NCBI GenBank assembly: GCA_025055835.1
Contig: JANWWR010000006.1
Span: forward strand, 1 to 57,119
DNA from: Gemmatales bacterium
GTDB lineage: Bacteria > Planctomycetota > Planctomycetia > Gemmatales > HRBIN36
DNA length: 57,119 nucleotides
Reading direction: 5' to 3'
Shown here: piece by piece, positions 20,823 through 31,691 of the stretch
Layout: every line of letters starts with the position of its first letter
Numbering within the stretch: the first letter of the stretch is position 1
Made by a program: the position numbers and the translations under genes
The notes under the pieces: model-generated
Databases searched by the model: none
Seen by the model: only the letters and a program-made list of their open reading frames with translations
Told to the model about the DNA's origin: nothing

Positions 20823-23264
20823 TTAGCCTCCCTGCTTGTCCTTTCCCAGCTCCGAATGGCCGCGAGGAGCGGCTCGGACGGCGATCTCGACGGCCAGACG
20901 GCGAATGTCGAAGTCGCCGGCGGCGAAGCTCTTTTGCAACTCGGCTAAGGTCTCGGGTCCGTAGGCCCGCACCGGCTGCTGGATCAGATGATGGAACATC
21001 TGTTCGATGAACGCGGCGTGGGCTTCGTCGCTCTTGACCAGGAAATCGGCCAGTTGGCGAGCGCCGCGAACTTCGACCAGTTTTCCGGAGCGAGTGCGAT
21101 AGCTGCCGGAGGCGTCCACAGGTTTGCCGTTGTCTTCCTGGCGGTATCGACCCACGGCGTCGAAATGCTCCAGGGTGAAGCCCAGCGGATTGATGATGCC
21201 GTGGCAACTCATGCACTGGGCCGGCTGCGTTTGCAAGACGACCCGCTCCCGTGTGGTCAGCGTCGGATGGAGATCCGCAGGCAACGGGGCAATCGCCTCC
21301 GCCGGCGGCCGCAGCGACACGCCAAGAATGCCCCGGGCCAGGAAGACGCCCCGATGGATCGGCGAACTCTCCTTGGCATGAGCGAAGCTCGTCATCAGAT
21401 ACGGATGAGTCAGCACGCCCGCTCGATGCTCGGCGTCCATCGGCACCGGCACGAAGCCCGACGATCCTTCGGGCAGGGCCAAACCGTAAAACTTCGCCAG
21501 CCGTTCGTTAAGCCACACCCGTTCTTCCAGGAGAAATCGGCGATAATCGCTTTTGTCCGAACTCAGCACGTCGTCGAGGAACAGTTCCAGCGACGTTCGC
21601 AGATCGGCGATGACGGCGGCATCGAAGCCCGGAAAGCGCATGGGATCCTTGGAAACATCCAGACCGTGATCGGCCCGGGTCCAATGGAGGAGAAATTCGC
21701 GTAGCTTAGCCGTGGCGCGGAGATCGCGGATCATGCGCTCGGCCTGCGCCCGGAGGTGATTCGGGTCATGGAGTTCTCCGGCCCCTGCGGCGCGAAGCAG
21801 TTCAGCGTCCGGCAACGAGTCCCACAGGGCGAACGACAAGCGGGCGGCCACGTCGTAGCCGTCGTTCTCGCCGCCAATCTCACGGAACCAGAAGCGCGGC
21901 GACTTCAGGGTCAATAGCACCACCCGCTTGACGGCAAGATCGGGATCCGCTTCGCCCTCGAACTGGCGATCCACCAGGGCAGCCCATTCGGAACTTAAAG
22001 GCCGTCGGAAGGCCCGCTCGGCGAAGCGACGGGCAAAGTCGCGGAGCTTCTGGACGCGCTCCGGGTTCGGTGCGGAAGGTTGCTTATTGTCAAACGAAAT
22101 CGCGGCGGGATCGCCGGACGGCGGACGAGGTCGGCGATCAACCTGACGGACGCCGGCCAGTTCGTCGAGATGGTCAGCCACATAATTCGCCGTCTGGATC
22201 GCGGCTTCGGTGGTAGCGTCGTCCCATTCCTTGGAGACGGTCGTGCCGCGCTCCCAACCGAGGCTGCGGTCATCGGGCGGGAATGGCGTCGAGCAGACGA
22301 ACACCTCCGGGCCTTGGGCCGGAACCAGATGCCGCTGCGGGATCACTTCCACGACACGGCCCGGCTTCCGCCACAAGAGCCGTATGCTGGCAGGGGCCGA
22401 GGGCGGTTTTTCCTTCTGCTTCTGCGAGTCGTCCACGCCTTGCTTTGATTTGGAGAATTCCAAGCGGAGGGGATAGCAGCGACCGGCCAGCAGATAGATG
22501 CTGCCCCGATATTCCGTCTCATTGCCTGATTTGACCCAGGCGTCAATGAGGGGTTGCTTGAGGTCGTTAACCCAGAGCCGGCAGGCATGTTCAGTGCGGA
22601 CGACGAATTCATGCTCGCCGGTGTCGGTCGCCAGTACCGAACCATTCCAACGGATGGAGAACTCGTGCGGCTCGATCTTCTCGGCCACGGGAGCAGCGGT
22701 GCCGAAGTCGAAGTCCACCTGGGGATCGAGCCGTTCGAGGGCCAGCGCTCGGCGGTCCATGCGACGTCCCGAGTAGTAGGCCGCTTGCAGGCCCCGCTCC
22801 TGGGGTGGCTTGAAGGTGCCGCGGAAGGTGCCGACGAGATCGGCCAGCACCTGGCGCGTCTGCCGCACGGTCAACCGGGCCAGTTCGATCCGCGCCGGGC
22901 GGTTGCGTTCCCGGGCCACGGCAGAGTAGAAGCGGTCGTGAATGTAGCGGGCGACAGCCTCGGCTTCCTCTCGGGAAAGCGAGCCGGGGCTGTCCTCCGG
23001 CATGGTCTTGGCGATGAGGTCGGTCAGTTCGGGGACAGCCAGATCACCCTCCAGGGTGCGGGCATACTTCTTGGTTCCCTGGCCCTGGTCGCCGTGACAC
23101 TTGGCACACGACGCCTGATAGATTTTGGCCCCGTCTTTCTGGGCAGCGGCACAAGCCGAAACCGGCTCGCTGAGCGAAACGGCCGTGGCTGCCAGAAAAA
23201 GGCAAAGCATGCTCAGCGGTTTGCCAAGCCTTTCGGGGCTTTGAAAACTCTTCCGGTCACTCAT
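20823..23264 (-). CDS. Cytochrome c + PA14 + DUF1595/DUF1592/DUF1588/DUF1585 exported protein
   Basis: CAKCH; PA14-like DFDFG...FSIRWNG; AERAFRRP; [11 protein letters not shown]; SPIHRG; CMSCH...[17 protein letters not shown]; the upstream part of the 1195-aa ORF is antisense shadow. Confidence 0.85.
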   Translation of the reverse strand: MSDRKSFQSPERLGKPLSMLCLFLAATAVSLSEPVSACAAAQKDGAKIYQASCAKCHGDQGQGTKKYARTLEGDLAVPELTDLIAKTMPEDSPGSLSREEAEAVARYIHDRFYSAVARERNRPARIELARLTVRQTRQVLADLVGTFRGTFKPPQERGLQAAYYSGRRMDRRALALERLDPQVDFDFGTAAPVAEKIEPHEFSIRWNGSVLATDTGEHEFVVRTEHACRLWVNDLKQPLIDAWVKSGNETEYRGSIYLLAGRCYPLRLEFSKSKQGVDDSQKQKEKPPSAPASIRLLWRKPGRVVEVIPQRHLVPAQGPEVFVCSTPFPPDDRSLGWERGTTVSKEWDDATTEAAIQTANYVADHLDELAGVRQVDRRPRPPSGDPAAISFDNKQPSAPNPERVQKLRDFARRFAERAFRRPLSSEWAALVDRQFEGEADPDLAVKRVVLLTLKSPRFWFREIGGENDGYDVAARLSFALWDSLPDAELLRAAGAGELHDPNHLRAQAERMIRDLRATAKLREFLLHWTRADHGLDVSKDPMRFPGFDAAVIADLRTSLELFLDDVLSSDKSDYRRFLLEERVWLNERLAKFYGLALPEGSSGFVPVPMDAEHRAGVLTHPYLMTSFAHAKESSPIHRGVFLARGILGVSLRPPAEAIAPLPADLHPTLTTRERVVLQTQPAQCMSCHGIINPLGFTLEHFDAVGRYRQEDNGKPVDASGSYRTRSGKLVEVRGARQLADFLVKSDEAHAAFIEQMFHHLIQQPVRAYGPETLAELQKSFAAGDFDIRRLAVEIAVRAAPRGHSELGKDKQGG

Positions 23265-23334
23265 GATGCATCCCTCGGGCGGGACGACTTCGGGCAGGGT
23301 TACGTCTGGCGAGGATTCTTGATCACTCAAGATT

Positions 23335-23363
23335 AGTGTCCGGGCATTTCTCGGGAGCGTCAA
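23335..23363 (-). promoter_or_regulatory. Candidate sigma70-type promoter of the DUF1592/DUF1552 operon
   Basis: TTGACG-N17-GACACT on the minus strand. Confidence 0.4.
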
Positions 23364-23376
23364 GCAACGACCCGGG

Positions 23377-23411
23377 AAAAAAACTCCCAGGAACCATGCA
23401 GCTCCCGGGAG
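23377..23411 (-). terminator. Intrinsic terminator after the YXWGXW gene
   Basis: Minus strand CTCCCGGGAGC-TGCATG-GTTCCTGGGAG (G-U pairs) followed by T7. Confidence 0.75.
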
Positions 23412-23436
23412 GATGGTTGGCCTGATTGGGCCGGGT

Positions 23437-25593
23437 TTACTTGTTCTTCTTGTCGCCGGACTTGTTGCCGCCCCCGCCACCAGACCGGGGGATGCCTCCG
23501 CCGACGCTCGGCTTGCCTGATCCGCCGCCGACGTTGGGGACGTTGGGCTTGATCGAACCGCCGCTCCTGGGAGCGACGGGGTTGTTGCTTCCGCCGCTCT
23601 TCGGCACATTCGGGCTGCTGCTATCGCCGATCTTTGGTGCCGTGGAGCCACTCCCACCGCCGCTCTTGGGGGCACTGGGACCGCTGCTACCCTGGTTCGG
23701 GACCAAGGGGCTGTTACCCCCACCACTCTTGGGAGGATCGAAGCGCTTCGGCTGCGTCCCGGAACCGCTGCCCGGATTCGACGGGTTCGGATTCGAGATG
23801 CCTCCCGTTCCGGAGCTGCCCTTGTTTGATTTCGGCACATCGGGACCTTTATTCGACCCAGTATCGGAACCGATCCTTGGAACTCGATCGCTCGGTTTAT
23901 CCTGAAGCGGCTTGTTGCCGAGTCCCTTGTCGGACTGTGCCTTGTTTTCCGGCTTGGCGTCCCTGGATGCGTCGCCGAGTGGCTTGCCGGACTTGGGCTT
24001 GTCGTCGGTCGGATTGGCTTTCCGGTCCACGATCCCGGAACTCCCAGCGTTCGGAATCCGGGTCGCTTCACCGAGGCCCTTTTTCTCCGTGTCGCCCTTC
24101 TTGGAGTCGTTCTTTGCGGAGCCGGCTTGCTTGATGATCTCCTCCGGCTTGACAGGCACGGGCGGTGGAGGCGGAGCCGCTCTCTTGGCCGACTCGCCAA
24201 CCGGCTTGTCCTTGTCGGCGGCTCGCACCGGCGGAGCATCGAGCTTGATGCGCTTTGGCTCAGCGGACTTGTTTCCGCCGTCGCTCTTGGCCAGCAAGGT
24301 CGCTTCCTGCTTCTCCCGCTGTCGGGCCAACTGAGCGATGCGTTCCGCGGAGTTCCGTTCCTTCTCCAGCCGATCGGCGTCGAGCTTTTCGAGCTTGACC
24401 ACCTTTTCATTGACCTTGGTGACGGGAGCCAGCATGGTCACGTTGTTGATCTGCGTGACGTTGACCTCCTTCTTGACCCGCACCTGGTTGATGATCGTGT
24501 TCTGCTGGACCAGCGTGACCGGGGGACGAGGAGCGGTCCCGATGAACCGGGCCTCGTACAACCCGCACAGATCACGCTCCCAGATCGGATTGCGGCAGTA
24601 ATGGATGTGATGCACCCGGTAGAAGCCGAAGAGGGGATCGTAGCAACGGCCGATCCGGAAATGCACCCAGCTGACATATCCCCGGCTGCGCCAGGTCACG
24701 TCGAAGTAGTCGCCGAAGCAGTACCAGCCGCAATGCGGATGCACGAACAAAGCGGTCATCAAGCAGCGGTCGTTGATTACGTAGCAGGGGGTGTACACGA
24801 AGCGGACGCCAGGAGCGAAGACGACGGCCCGATCAATGCGGCAGGGAGCGAACAGCAACCCGCGGCAGTGCAACGGGTAGTCCCAGTAGCCCTCGACGTA
24901 GACAAAGCCGCACGGCGTCCAGACATAGTGAGCGGGCACCCAAACCCAGCCGGGCCGATAGACACACCAGAATCCCGGCCGCCACACGTAGCGATATTCG
25001 ACCCAGACCCAGTTGCCGGGAATGAACACGGCGTCTTCCCGTGGCCGGGGCGGCTCCGCTTCGGGAATCCGCTCCGGAGGCACGGGCAGCACGGGGAGGT
25101 CCTGCTGATCCTCGACGGCCCAGAAGCCCGGCACCCACTGCCAGCCGCCGACGGCGCGGTGATACCGGCCCGGAACCCAACGTCGCCCCGGAGGCACGTT
25201 CCGCCAGATGCCGCTGACCCACAGGTAGTCCTGACTTTCCTCGTCCCAGGCCCAGTAGCCAGGGATCCATTGCACGTTGTCGCCTTCCGGTTTCTGGGCG
25301 GGAGGCAGTTCTTCGACAGGTTGCGGAGGCTCCTTCGGAATCAGCGGGCCGGGCTTGGGAACTGCGGCGGCTCCAGGAGCGGCGTAGGCTTCGTGAACCG
25401 GCCCTTTGCCCAACGGCTGCACGCCGGGCTGAGGCTCGGGAAGATCGTCGGCTTGGGCCACGGCTGCGGCATCAACCACGCCGGCATCCTCAGCATCCGG
25501 AGGGGGAACCGGATCGGCCCCTTCGATGCCGAGATTGAGCAATAGCCCCAGTCCTAAAGACATCAACAGTGCCGGTACGAAACGACTCCGCAT
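23437..25593 (-). CDS. Exported YXWGXW-repeat protein with low-complexity K/P/G/S tail
   Basis: Signal peptide; GPVHEAYA; repeats WIPGYW, WVSGIW, WVPGFW, WRPGFW and YVEGYW; PKSGG repeats at the C-terminus. Confidence 0.8.
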   Translation of the reverse strand: MRSRFVPALLMSLGLGLLLNLGIEGADPVPPPDAEDAGVVDAAAVAQADDLPEPQPGVQPLGKGPVHEAYAAPGAAAVPKPGPLIPKEPPQPVEELPPAQKPEGDNVQWIPGYWAWDEESQDYLWVSGIWRNVPPGRRWVPGRYHRAVGGWQWVPGFWAVEDQQDLPVLPVPPERIPEAEPPRPREDAVFIPGNWVWVEYRYVWRPGFWCVYRPGWVWVPAHYVWTPCGFVYVEGYWDYPLHCRGLLFAPCRIDRAVVFAPGVRFVYTPCYVINDRCLMTALFVHPHCGWYCFGDYFDVTWRSRGYVSWVHFRIGRCYDPLFGFYRVHHIHYCRNPIWERDLCGLYEARFIGTAPRPPVTLVQQNTIINQVRVKKEVNVTQINNVTMLAPVTKVNEKVVKLEKLDADRLEKERNSAERIAQLARQREKQEATLLAKSDGGNKSAEPKRIKLDAPPVRAADKDKPVGESAKRAAPPPPPVPVKPEEIIKQAGSAKNDSKKGDTEKKGLGEATRIPNAGSSGIVDRKANPTDDKPKSGKPLGDASRDAKPENKAQSDKGLGNKPLQDKPSDRVPRIGSDTGSNKGPDVPKSNKGSSGTGGISNPNPSNPGSGSGTQPKRFDPPKSGGGNSPLVPNQGSSGPSAPKSGGGSGSTAPKIGDSSSPNVPKSGGSNNPVAPRSGGSIKPNVPNVGGGSGKPSVGGGIPRSGGGGGNKSGDKKNK

Positions 25594-25871
25594 GGTTGTC
25601 TCCTGTGGCGCGTCAGGGAGGTATCCGACCCGAAAACGCACCGAACCGCGGAACTTGCGCAAGATTGATAAATCGAAGTGCCGCCGCTGAAGCAAATCCG
25701 CTTTTCATCATACTCGGCAGGGGGAATCCGGGCACTGTGAAAATCCGAGGCCTTGCGACCCGTGGCATCCGACGGTGGGGTATAATGCCGTCGTTTGGGT
25801 GGAGTCAATCCGATGTGAAAACATCACGAGGGCATTCGTCTCGACTCCGCCAAACATGGGGAGGATCGCTG

Positions 25872-28013
25872 ATGCGGCAAGGCTGGCGTGTCTTCGGAAG
25901 CTACATGACCTTTGCGGGAACTTTGCTGGTTGTTCTCAGTTTTACGGGGCTGGCGGTTTCCCGATCCACGAACTCGGCCGCACCCGCCAAGCCGCCACCG
26001 AGCAAGGTCGAGGAAGTCAAGGAAGTTTTGCACGGCGTCGAAATCATCGACCGCTATCGCTGGCTGGAAGATCAGAACGCCCCGGAAACTCGGGAGTGGA
26101 TCAAGGCTCAGAACGAGTACACGGAATCGCTTCTGGGACCGCGGAAGGAACGGGAATACCTCCGCGAACGCCTGGCCCAGTATCTTAAGATCGACACCAT
26201 CGGCATGCCGGTGGAAGCCGGGGGACGGTATTTCTTCGCGAAAAGAAAGGCCGACCAGGACCTGTCCGTCATCTACATGCGGCAGGGTTTGACCGGCAAG
26301 GATGAAGTGCTGATCGACCCACATCCGCTCAGCCCGGACAAGACCGTCAGCGTCAGCCTTCTGGACGTTTCCCCGGACGGCAAGCTCATGGCTTACGGCG
26401 TCCGCAGCGGCGGCGAGGACGAAATCGTCGTCCGCTTCTTCGACGTGGACGCTCGCAAAGATCTGGCCGATGTCTTCCCCCGTGCCCGGTACTTTGGCGT
26501 CCAGATTACCCCGGATCGCAGCGGCGTCTATTACACCCACTTCGACAAGGCCGTCGGTCCCCGAGTCTATTACCACGTCCTGGGCAAACCGATGAGCGAA
26601 GACGTGGAGTTGTTTGGCAAGGGCTACGGGCCGGACAAGATCATCTCGGCCAGCCTCTCGGAGGACGGCAAGCACCTGCTTTTGACGGTGATGTACGGCT
26701 CCGCGGCGAAGAAGACCGAAGTCTGGTACATGGACGCTATCCGCAGGGGACCGATCCAGCCGATCGTCAATGACATCGAAGCCCGCTTCATCGGCCGCTT
26801 CGCCGGGGATCTGCTGCTCCTCCAAACCAACTGGCAGGCCCCGAACGGCCGCATCCTCAAGGTGGATTTGAAGAACCCCGCTCGCAGCGATTGGAAGGAA
26901 ATCGTGCCGGAAAGCAAGTCCGCCTTGGTAGGTGTCTCTCCCGTGGGTGGCAAGCTGTTCGCCAACTATCTCGAAAACGTCAATTCGCGGGTCAAGATTT
27001 TCGACCTCAATGGTAAACACCTGGGCGACATCGCGTTTCCCAGCCTTGGCACGGTGAGTGGCATCAGTGGTTGGTGGACCAAACCCGAGGCATTCTACTC
27101 GTTCAGTTCGTTTCTCGTGCCTTCGACGATCTACCGCTACGACACGGCCACCGGTGAAACCAGCGAGTGGGCGCGGATCCAGGTTCCCATCGACACCGAC
27201 CGCTTCGAGGTGCGTCAGGTCCGGTATCCGTCCAAGGATGGGACCATGATTCCCATGTTCCTCGTGTATCCCAAGGGGTTGAAGCTAGACGGCAACAATC
27301 CGACGCTGCTGACCGGCTACGGCGGGTTCAACATCAGCCGCACGGCGACGTTCTCGGCTTTGGCCGCGATCTGGGTCGAGAACGGCGGCGTCTTCGCCCT
27401 GCCGAATCTCCGGGGCGGCGGTGAGTTCGGTGAGGAATGGCATCGCGCTGGCATGCTGGAAAAGAAGCAAAACACCTTCGACGACTTTATCGCCGCCGCC
27501 GAGTGGCTCATCGCCAACAAGTACACCCGGCCCGAAAAACTGGCCATTTCCGGCGGAAGCAACGGCGGTCTCCTGGTCGGAGCCGCGCTCACACAGCGGC
27601 CCGAGCTTTTCCAGGCGGTTGTCTGCTCGGTTCCGCTGCTCGACATGCTGCGTTATCACAAGTTCCTCGTGGCCCGGTTCTGGGTGCCCGAGTACGGGTC
27701 GGCGGAGGATCCCGAACAGTTCAAGTACCTTTATGCCTACTCGCCGTACCATCGCGTGAAGCCCGGCGTGAAATACCCGGCGGTGCTGTTCATTACCGGG
27801 GACGCGGATACCCGGGTTGATCCGCTCCATGCCCGCAAAATGACGGCATTGCTCCAGGCGGCGACCGGCTCGGATCGGCCGATCCTGTTGCACTATGACA
27901 CCAAGGCTGGCCACTCCGGCGGCAAGCCGATCTCGAAGACCATTGACGACCTCAGCTACGAGCTGACGTTTCTGTTCTGGCAACTGGGCGTGGAGGTTCA
28001 CAACCGCAAGTAG
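25872..28013 (+). CDS. Prolyl oligopeptidase (S9A), exported
   Basis: DRYRWLED, GYGGFN, NLRGGGEFG, GGSNGG (catalytic Ser), DTRV (Asp) and AGH (His) motifs; signal peptide; TATAAT near 25781. Confidence 0.95.
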   Translation: MRQGWRVFGSYMTFAGTLLVVLSFTGLAVSRSTNSAAPAKPPPSKVEEVKEVLHGVEIIDRYRWLEDQNAPETREWIKAQNEYTESLLGPRKEREYLRERLAQYLKIDTIGMPVEAGGRYFFAKRKADQDLSVIYMRQGLTGKDEVLIDPHPLSPDKTVSVSLLDVSPDGKLMAYGVRSGGEDEIVVRFFDVDARKDLADVFPRARYFGVQITPDRSGVYYTHFDKAVGPRVYYHVLGKPMSEDVELFGKGYGPDKIISASLSEDGKHLLLTVMYGSAAKKTEVWYMDAIRRGPIQPIVNDIEARFIGRFAGDLLLLQTNWQAPNGRILKVDLKNPARSDWKEIVPESKSALVGVSPVGGKLFANYLENVNSRVKIFDLNGKHLGDIAFPSLGTVSGISGWWTKPEAFYSFSSFLVPSTIYRYDTATGETSEWARIQVPIDTDRFEVRQVRYPSKDGTMIPMFLVYPKGLKLDGNNPTLLTGYGGFNISRTATFSALAAIWVENGGVFALPNLRGGGEFGEEWHRAGMLEKKQNTFDDFIAAAEWLIANKYTRPEKLAISGGSNGGLLVGAALTQRPELFQAVVCSVPLLDMLRYHKFLVARFWVPEYGSAEDPEQFKYLYAYSPYHRVKPGVKYPAVLFITGDADTRVDPLHARKMTALLQAATGSDRPILLHYDTKAGHSGGKPISKTIDDLSYELTFLFWQLGVEVHNRK

Positions 28014-29173
28014 ATTTGCCGCTTTTCCAAGTAGCGGACGAAGACCCAGCAAATGCCCAGAAACAAGGCGAACATTCCAGCCACATACCAGGCGGGAGAG
28101 TCCTTCGGGGTGAACGGCTTGATGGCATTGTCCACGACGTCATGGATCAGGTAGGCCGCTAAGGCGTTGGAGCCAAAGGTGCGGAAGATGCCCACCTGCC
28201 ACCCGCGGCCGTCAGACAGCACGACGAAAAGACCGTACAAGGCAAGCGAGAAACCGGCCCCAAAGAGCAGATAGGTGACGCTGCCGGCGCGCTGGCTCAT
28301 GGTCATGAGATTGTTCGGCGGGTGAGGCGGGACGTGGACCAACGGCAACGGCCCCCATTCCCAGCCGACGTCGTCGCCCCACCGGAACGGCTTGATGACC
28401 AGGCAGCTGAGCAGGTACGCCGTCACCATGATCACGAAGCCCCACAGGAAAAAGCGCAACGCCGTCGGCGTGACTGATTGAGTGCCGCTCGCCGGCTCCG
28501 AGAGTTTCACCATCGCATCACAGGCCAGCGAACCGGCCAGCAAGGGGATTGTCCAGGTCAGGAAGCCGAGCGGCCCGCCGTCGATGCCCCGCGGCTCCGT
28601 ATGGACCCAGACATAATTTGACCACGTGGACCAGCCAAAGGACAGCAGCCAATGGATCGTTCCCGATGCCAGGGCGAAGAGTATCCGCAGCCAGGCTGGT
28701 CCGCCGATGACCGGGAGCACCCACAGCGAGGTCACGCCGATGTGCGTCAGCGTCTGAAAAAGGCTCCGCTTCCACGACGACCCCAGCACGCCCCACACGC
28801 CGAGCTGCTCCATCTCGGACCAGCTTTCGTACCGTCCATCCAGGTGATAAACCACCGCACCCAGAAGGATCAGACCCAGCGACCGGCGGATGACATGACC
28901 GATCGCCGACCACGCTCCGTGAGTTTTCCAGCGCCGCAGAAAAGTGAGCCGATAGGCGAACCCGACGGCGAAGAAGAAGCCCGGCATGATCGTGTCGGCG
29001 TAGCTGCAATAGCTATGGTTGTGCTTGAGCACGCCGGGAACGACCTGAAACGCCCCGACGAAGTTCACCAGCAGCATCCCCAGCACCGTGTAGCCGCGGA
29101 ACTGATCCAGCGAGGCGATCCGCCAGGACGATTCGCGTGCCGATGCCGTGGCCGAACTCATGTCCGCTCCCAT
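27998..29173 (-). CDS. Heparan-alpha-glucosaminide N-acetyltransferase-like (NagX/DUF5009-type) membrane protein
   Basis: [21 protein letters not shown]...[15 protein letters not shown] and FGSNALAAY motifs; multiple TM segments. Confidence 0.8.
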   Translation of the reverse strand: MGADMSSATASARESSWRIASLDQFRGYTVLGMLLVNFVGAFQVVPGVLKHNHSYCSYADTIMPGFFFAVGFAYRLTFLRRWKTHGAWSAIGHVIRRSLGLILLGAVVYHLDGRYESWSEMEQLGVWGVLGSSWKRSLFQTLTHIGVTSLWVLPVIGGPAWLRILFALASGTIHWLLSFGWSTWSNYVWVHTEPRGIDGGPLGFLTWTIPLLAGSLACDAMVKLSEPASGTQSVTPTALRFFLWGFVIMVTAYLLSCLVIKPFRWGDDVGWEWGPLPLVHVPPHPPNNLMTMSQRAGSVTYLLFGAGFSLALYGLFVVLSDGRGWQVGIFRTFGSNALAAYLIHDVVDNAIKPFTPKDSPAWYVAGMFALFLGICWVFVRYLEKRQIYLRL

Positions 29174-29297
29174 CGACGTCCGCCTTCAATTGCCGCCGTC
29201 GGCTCGGCTATTGTACAATCGCCGTCAAAGGAACCGTGATTTCGCCGAGGATTTGATCGGCGCGGCGAAGTCTGACGGCTGCACGGGAGAATCACGG

Positions 29298-29939
29298 ATG
29301 CTCGGAACGACGCTGGATGCCAGGGCCTTTCTGGAGCGCGTGGGGCGGGAATTGCTTCGCCTCGACCTGACCCAGGTTCAGGCCCTGGCCGACGCCATTT
29401 ACGAAAGTTACGTCCGCGACCGCTTCGTATTCATCTGCGGGAATGGCGGCAGCGGCTCCAATGCGTCGCATTTCTGCGAGGATCTCGGCAAGAGCACGTT
29501 GCGGCGGGAAGATTTCGACAACGACGCCAAGAAACGCCTCAAGGTCCTCAGCCTGACCGACAACACCCCGTACATCCTCGCCTGGGCCAACGACGAAGGC
29601 TTCGACCGGGTCTTCGTCGAACAGCTTAAAAACCTCGCCAGTCCCGGCGATCTCCTCATCGCCATCAGCGGCAGCGGCAACAGTCCCAACATCCTGCGGG
29701 CAGTCGATTGGGCCAATCGCCACGGACTGCGGACCTTCGGCTGCACCGGCTTCGACGGCGGCAAGCTGAAGAACCTGGCCCACCAATGCCTGCACGTCCC
29801 CCTGGACGACATGGGCATGGTCGAGTCCATTCACCTGACCGTTTTCCACTGGGTCTTGGACAATCTCCACGGGCGCATTTCGCTCGGCGGCGTCCCGTAT
29901 GCTCCGGCAACGGCCCATCAGGTGGCAGGACGATCGTGA
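29298..29939 (+). CDS. gmhA: SIS-domain phosphoheptose isomerase-like protein (GmhA family)
   Basis: [35 protein letters not shown] and ESIH motifs. Confidence 0.8.
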   Translation: MLGTTLDARAFLERVGRELLRLDLTQVQALADAIYESYVRDRFVFICGNGGSGSNASHFCEDLGKSTLRREDFDNDAKKRLKVLSLTDNTPYILAWANDEGFDRVFVEQLKNLASPGDLLIAISGSGNSPNILRAVDWANRHGLRTFGCTGFDGGKLKNLAHQCLHVPLDDMGMVESIHLTVFHWVLDNLHGRISLGGVPYAPATAHQVAGRS

Positions 29940-29953
29940 CAGTGGGGTGACAT

Positions 29954-31663
29954 TCACCCGATGATCGACTTGCGGCGGGAAACGTAATCCCAGACGACAT
30001 ACCGATCCAGGTCCCGCCCGGCACAGAAGAACACCCGGCCTCGAGTGGATTCCGCCAACCGATAGGCGAAGCGAACGTCTTCCTCGGTCTGATTCCAGTT
30101 GTTGATGAGGAAGATGTTGATGGTGATGCCTGCCTGGGCACAGCGCATCCCTTCGCGGAGAGTCCATTCCTCAGTGCGACCCGTCGGCGGATACATGAGA
30201 TGCAGCACGGAGCCTTCGAAGTGGGCCGTCGGCAGGCCGTCGGTGATGAGGATGATCTGCCGGTTCGGCGTGTCCTGCGCGCTGAGGAACTGCCGACCGA
30301 GTTGCAACGCATGTTGGATGTTCGTGAAGTGCGGCGGAATCATCATCTCGGTGATGTCCGGGTCGCTCATATCCGCCGTCAACCGCACGACCGGATCGAA
30401 GATCGTGATCGGCTTGTACATCAGATTGGGAATCTCCGAGACGTGCCGCGGCTTGGCGAAGGTGTACATCTCGATGAACTGGAGGAAATCGCCCGGATAC
30501 TCGCTGCGGATCAGCCCATCGAGCGCCAGCCCCATCCGCTTCACGTTGACGTACTGCCCGTTGTAGCGCATCGAGCCGCTCATGTCGAGCAGCACCGCCG
30601 TAGCGCACTTGGGATTGTTTCGGGTGCGATGAACGACCAAGTCGTCCTGCTTCATGCGAATCGGAACACCGGGGCCGTCCCGGAGCAGGGCGTTGACGAA
30701 GGACGAGGGCAGGTCGAGATGGGCGACGGAGTCGCCGAACTCGTAGGGCTTGGTCTGCTGAAGCTCGACCGCTCCTTCGCCCACCACCGGCCCCTGGTGC
30801 CGACCGGAACGCGATTCCTGAAGCTGCTCGAAGATCCGCGACAGGAGCTTGGATTGGAACAGTCGATAGGCCTTCGGGGTCAATTGCAGGGTGCCGCGTC
30901 GGCCCTGTTCGATTCCCTGCTGTTCCATCTGTTCGCGGAGGTAGTTCTGAATCTGTTCCTGGAGCGCGCCGAGGCGGCGGATGTCGCCCGGTTCCAGGAA
31001 CTGGATCAGTTCCTCCATGTCGATGATGCCGATCTGGGCGGTCTTGAGTGCTTCTTCTAGCTGCTTGATGAGTTTGTCAATGATCTCCAGCTCGTGCTTG
31101 ACCGCCAGGGCCTCCTCGACGGTCAGCGGCGTCCGGCCCGTGAACTCGTACTTGGCAGCCAGTTCGTCAATCTGATACTTCTCAGCCAGTCGTTCGAGGA
31201 GTTGGAGCAATTGTCGTCCGAAGGCGCTGCGTTCGCCGCCGGCGCGGTACCAGAGGGTTTCCAGGTCCCGCAGCTGTTCGTCGCGGACGGCTTCCCGGAA
31301 GGCGTCCGCGAGATGGGCGGGTGGTTGCATCCGCTCGGCCAGCCGATGGAAGGCCCGATGTGCCTCGGCTTCGGCGTGTCTGGTTTCGCACGTTTCGAGA
31401 ATCTTCCGCTTGCGTTCGCGGAGGATTTCGATCAGGGCTTCGATGCTCGCACCAAACCCCTTGATCTGGCTGGGGTCGATGCGGACGGCGCGGGCCAGTT
31501 CTTCCTCCGTAAGCCGCCGCGTACTGCCGTACATCAGCAGATGTTCCATTGCCGGCGTGACCAGGTCCGGAGGCGGCTTGGTCGGACTGGGAAACTGGAC
31601 CGGATCGTAGCGCTGGTAGGTGTGGATGATGCCGCCCAGACAGTCGCGGGTAGTCATAGACAT
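29954..31663 (-). CDS. vWA domain protein with long helical N-terminus
   Basis: MIDAS LLDMSGSM, TNIQHAL and ILITDGLPTAH motifs; TKPYEFGD. Confidence 0.85.
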   Translation of the reverse strand: MSMTTRDCLGGIIHTYQRYDPVQFPSPTKPPPDLVTPAMEHLLMYGSTRRLTEEELARAVRIDPSQIKGFGASIEALIEILRERKRKILETCETRHAEAEAHRAFHRLAERMQPPAHLADAFREAVRDEQLRDLETLWYRAGGERSAFGRQLLQLLERLAEKYQIDELAAKYEFTGRTPLTVEEALAVKHELEIIDKLIKQLEEALKTAQIGIIDMEELIQFLEPGDIRRLGALQEQIQNYLREQMEQQGIEQGRRGTLQLTPKAYRLFQSKLLSRIFEQLQESRSGRHQGPVVGEGAVELQQTKPYEFGDSVAHLDLPSSFVNALLRDGPGVPIRMKQDDLVVHRTRNNPKCATAVLLDMSGSMRYNGQYVNVKRMGLALDGLIRSEYPGDFLQFIEMYTFAKPRHVSEIPNLMYKPITIFDPVVRLTADMSDPDITEMMIPPHFTNIQHALQLGRQFLSAQDTPNRQIILITDGLPTAHFEGSVLHLMYPPTGRTEEWTLREGMRCAQAGITINIFLINNWNQTEEDVRFAYRLAESTRGRVFFCAGRDLDRYVVWDYVSRRKSIIG

Positions 31664-31691
31664 TCGCCTCGAAGTCCCGACGGCATGGCCC

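Noticed and set aside
23265-24410. N-terminal ~380 aa of the 1195-aa ORF
   Set aside because: It is an R/S/P-rich alternative frame overlapping the YXWGXW gene and crossing a terminator and a candidate promoter. The real start is near 23264.
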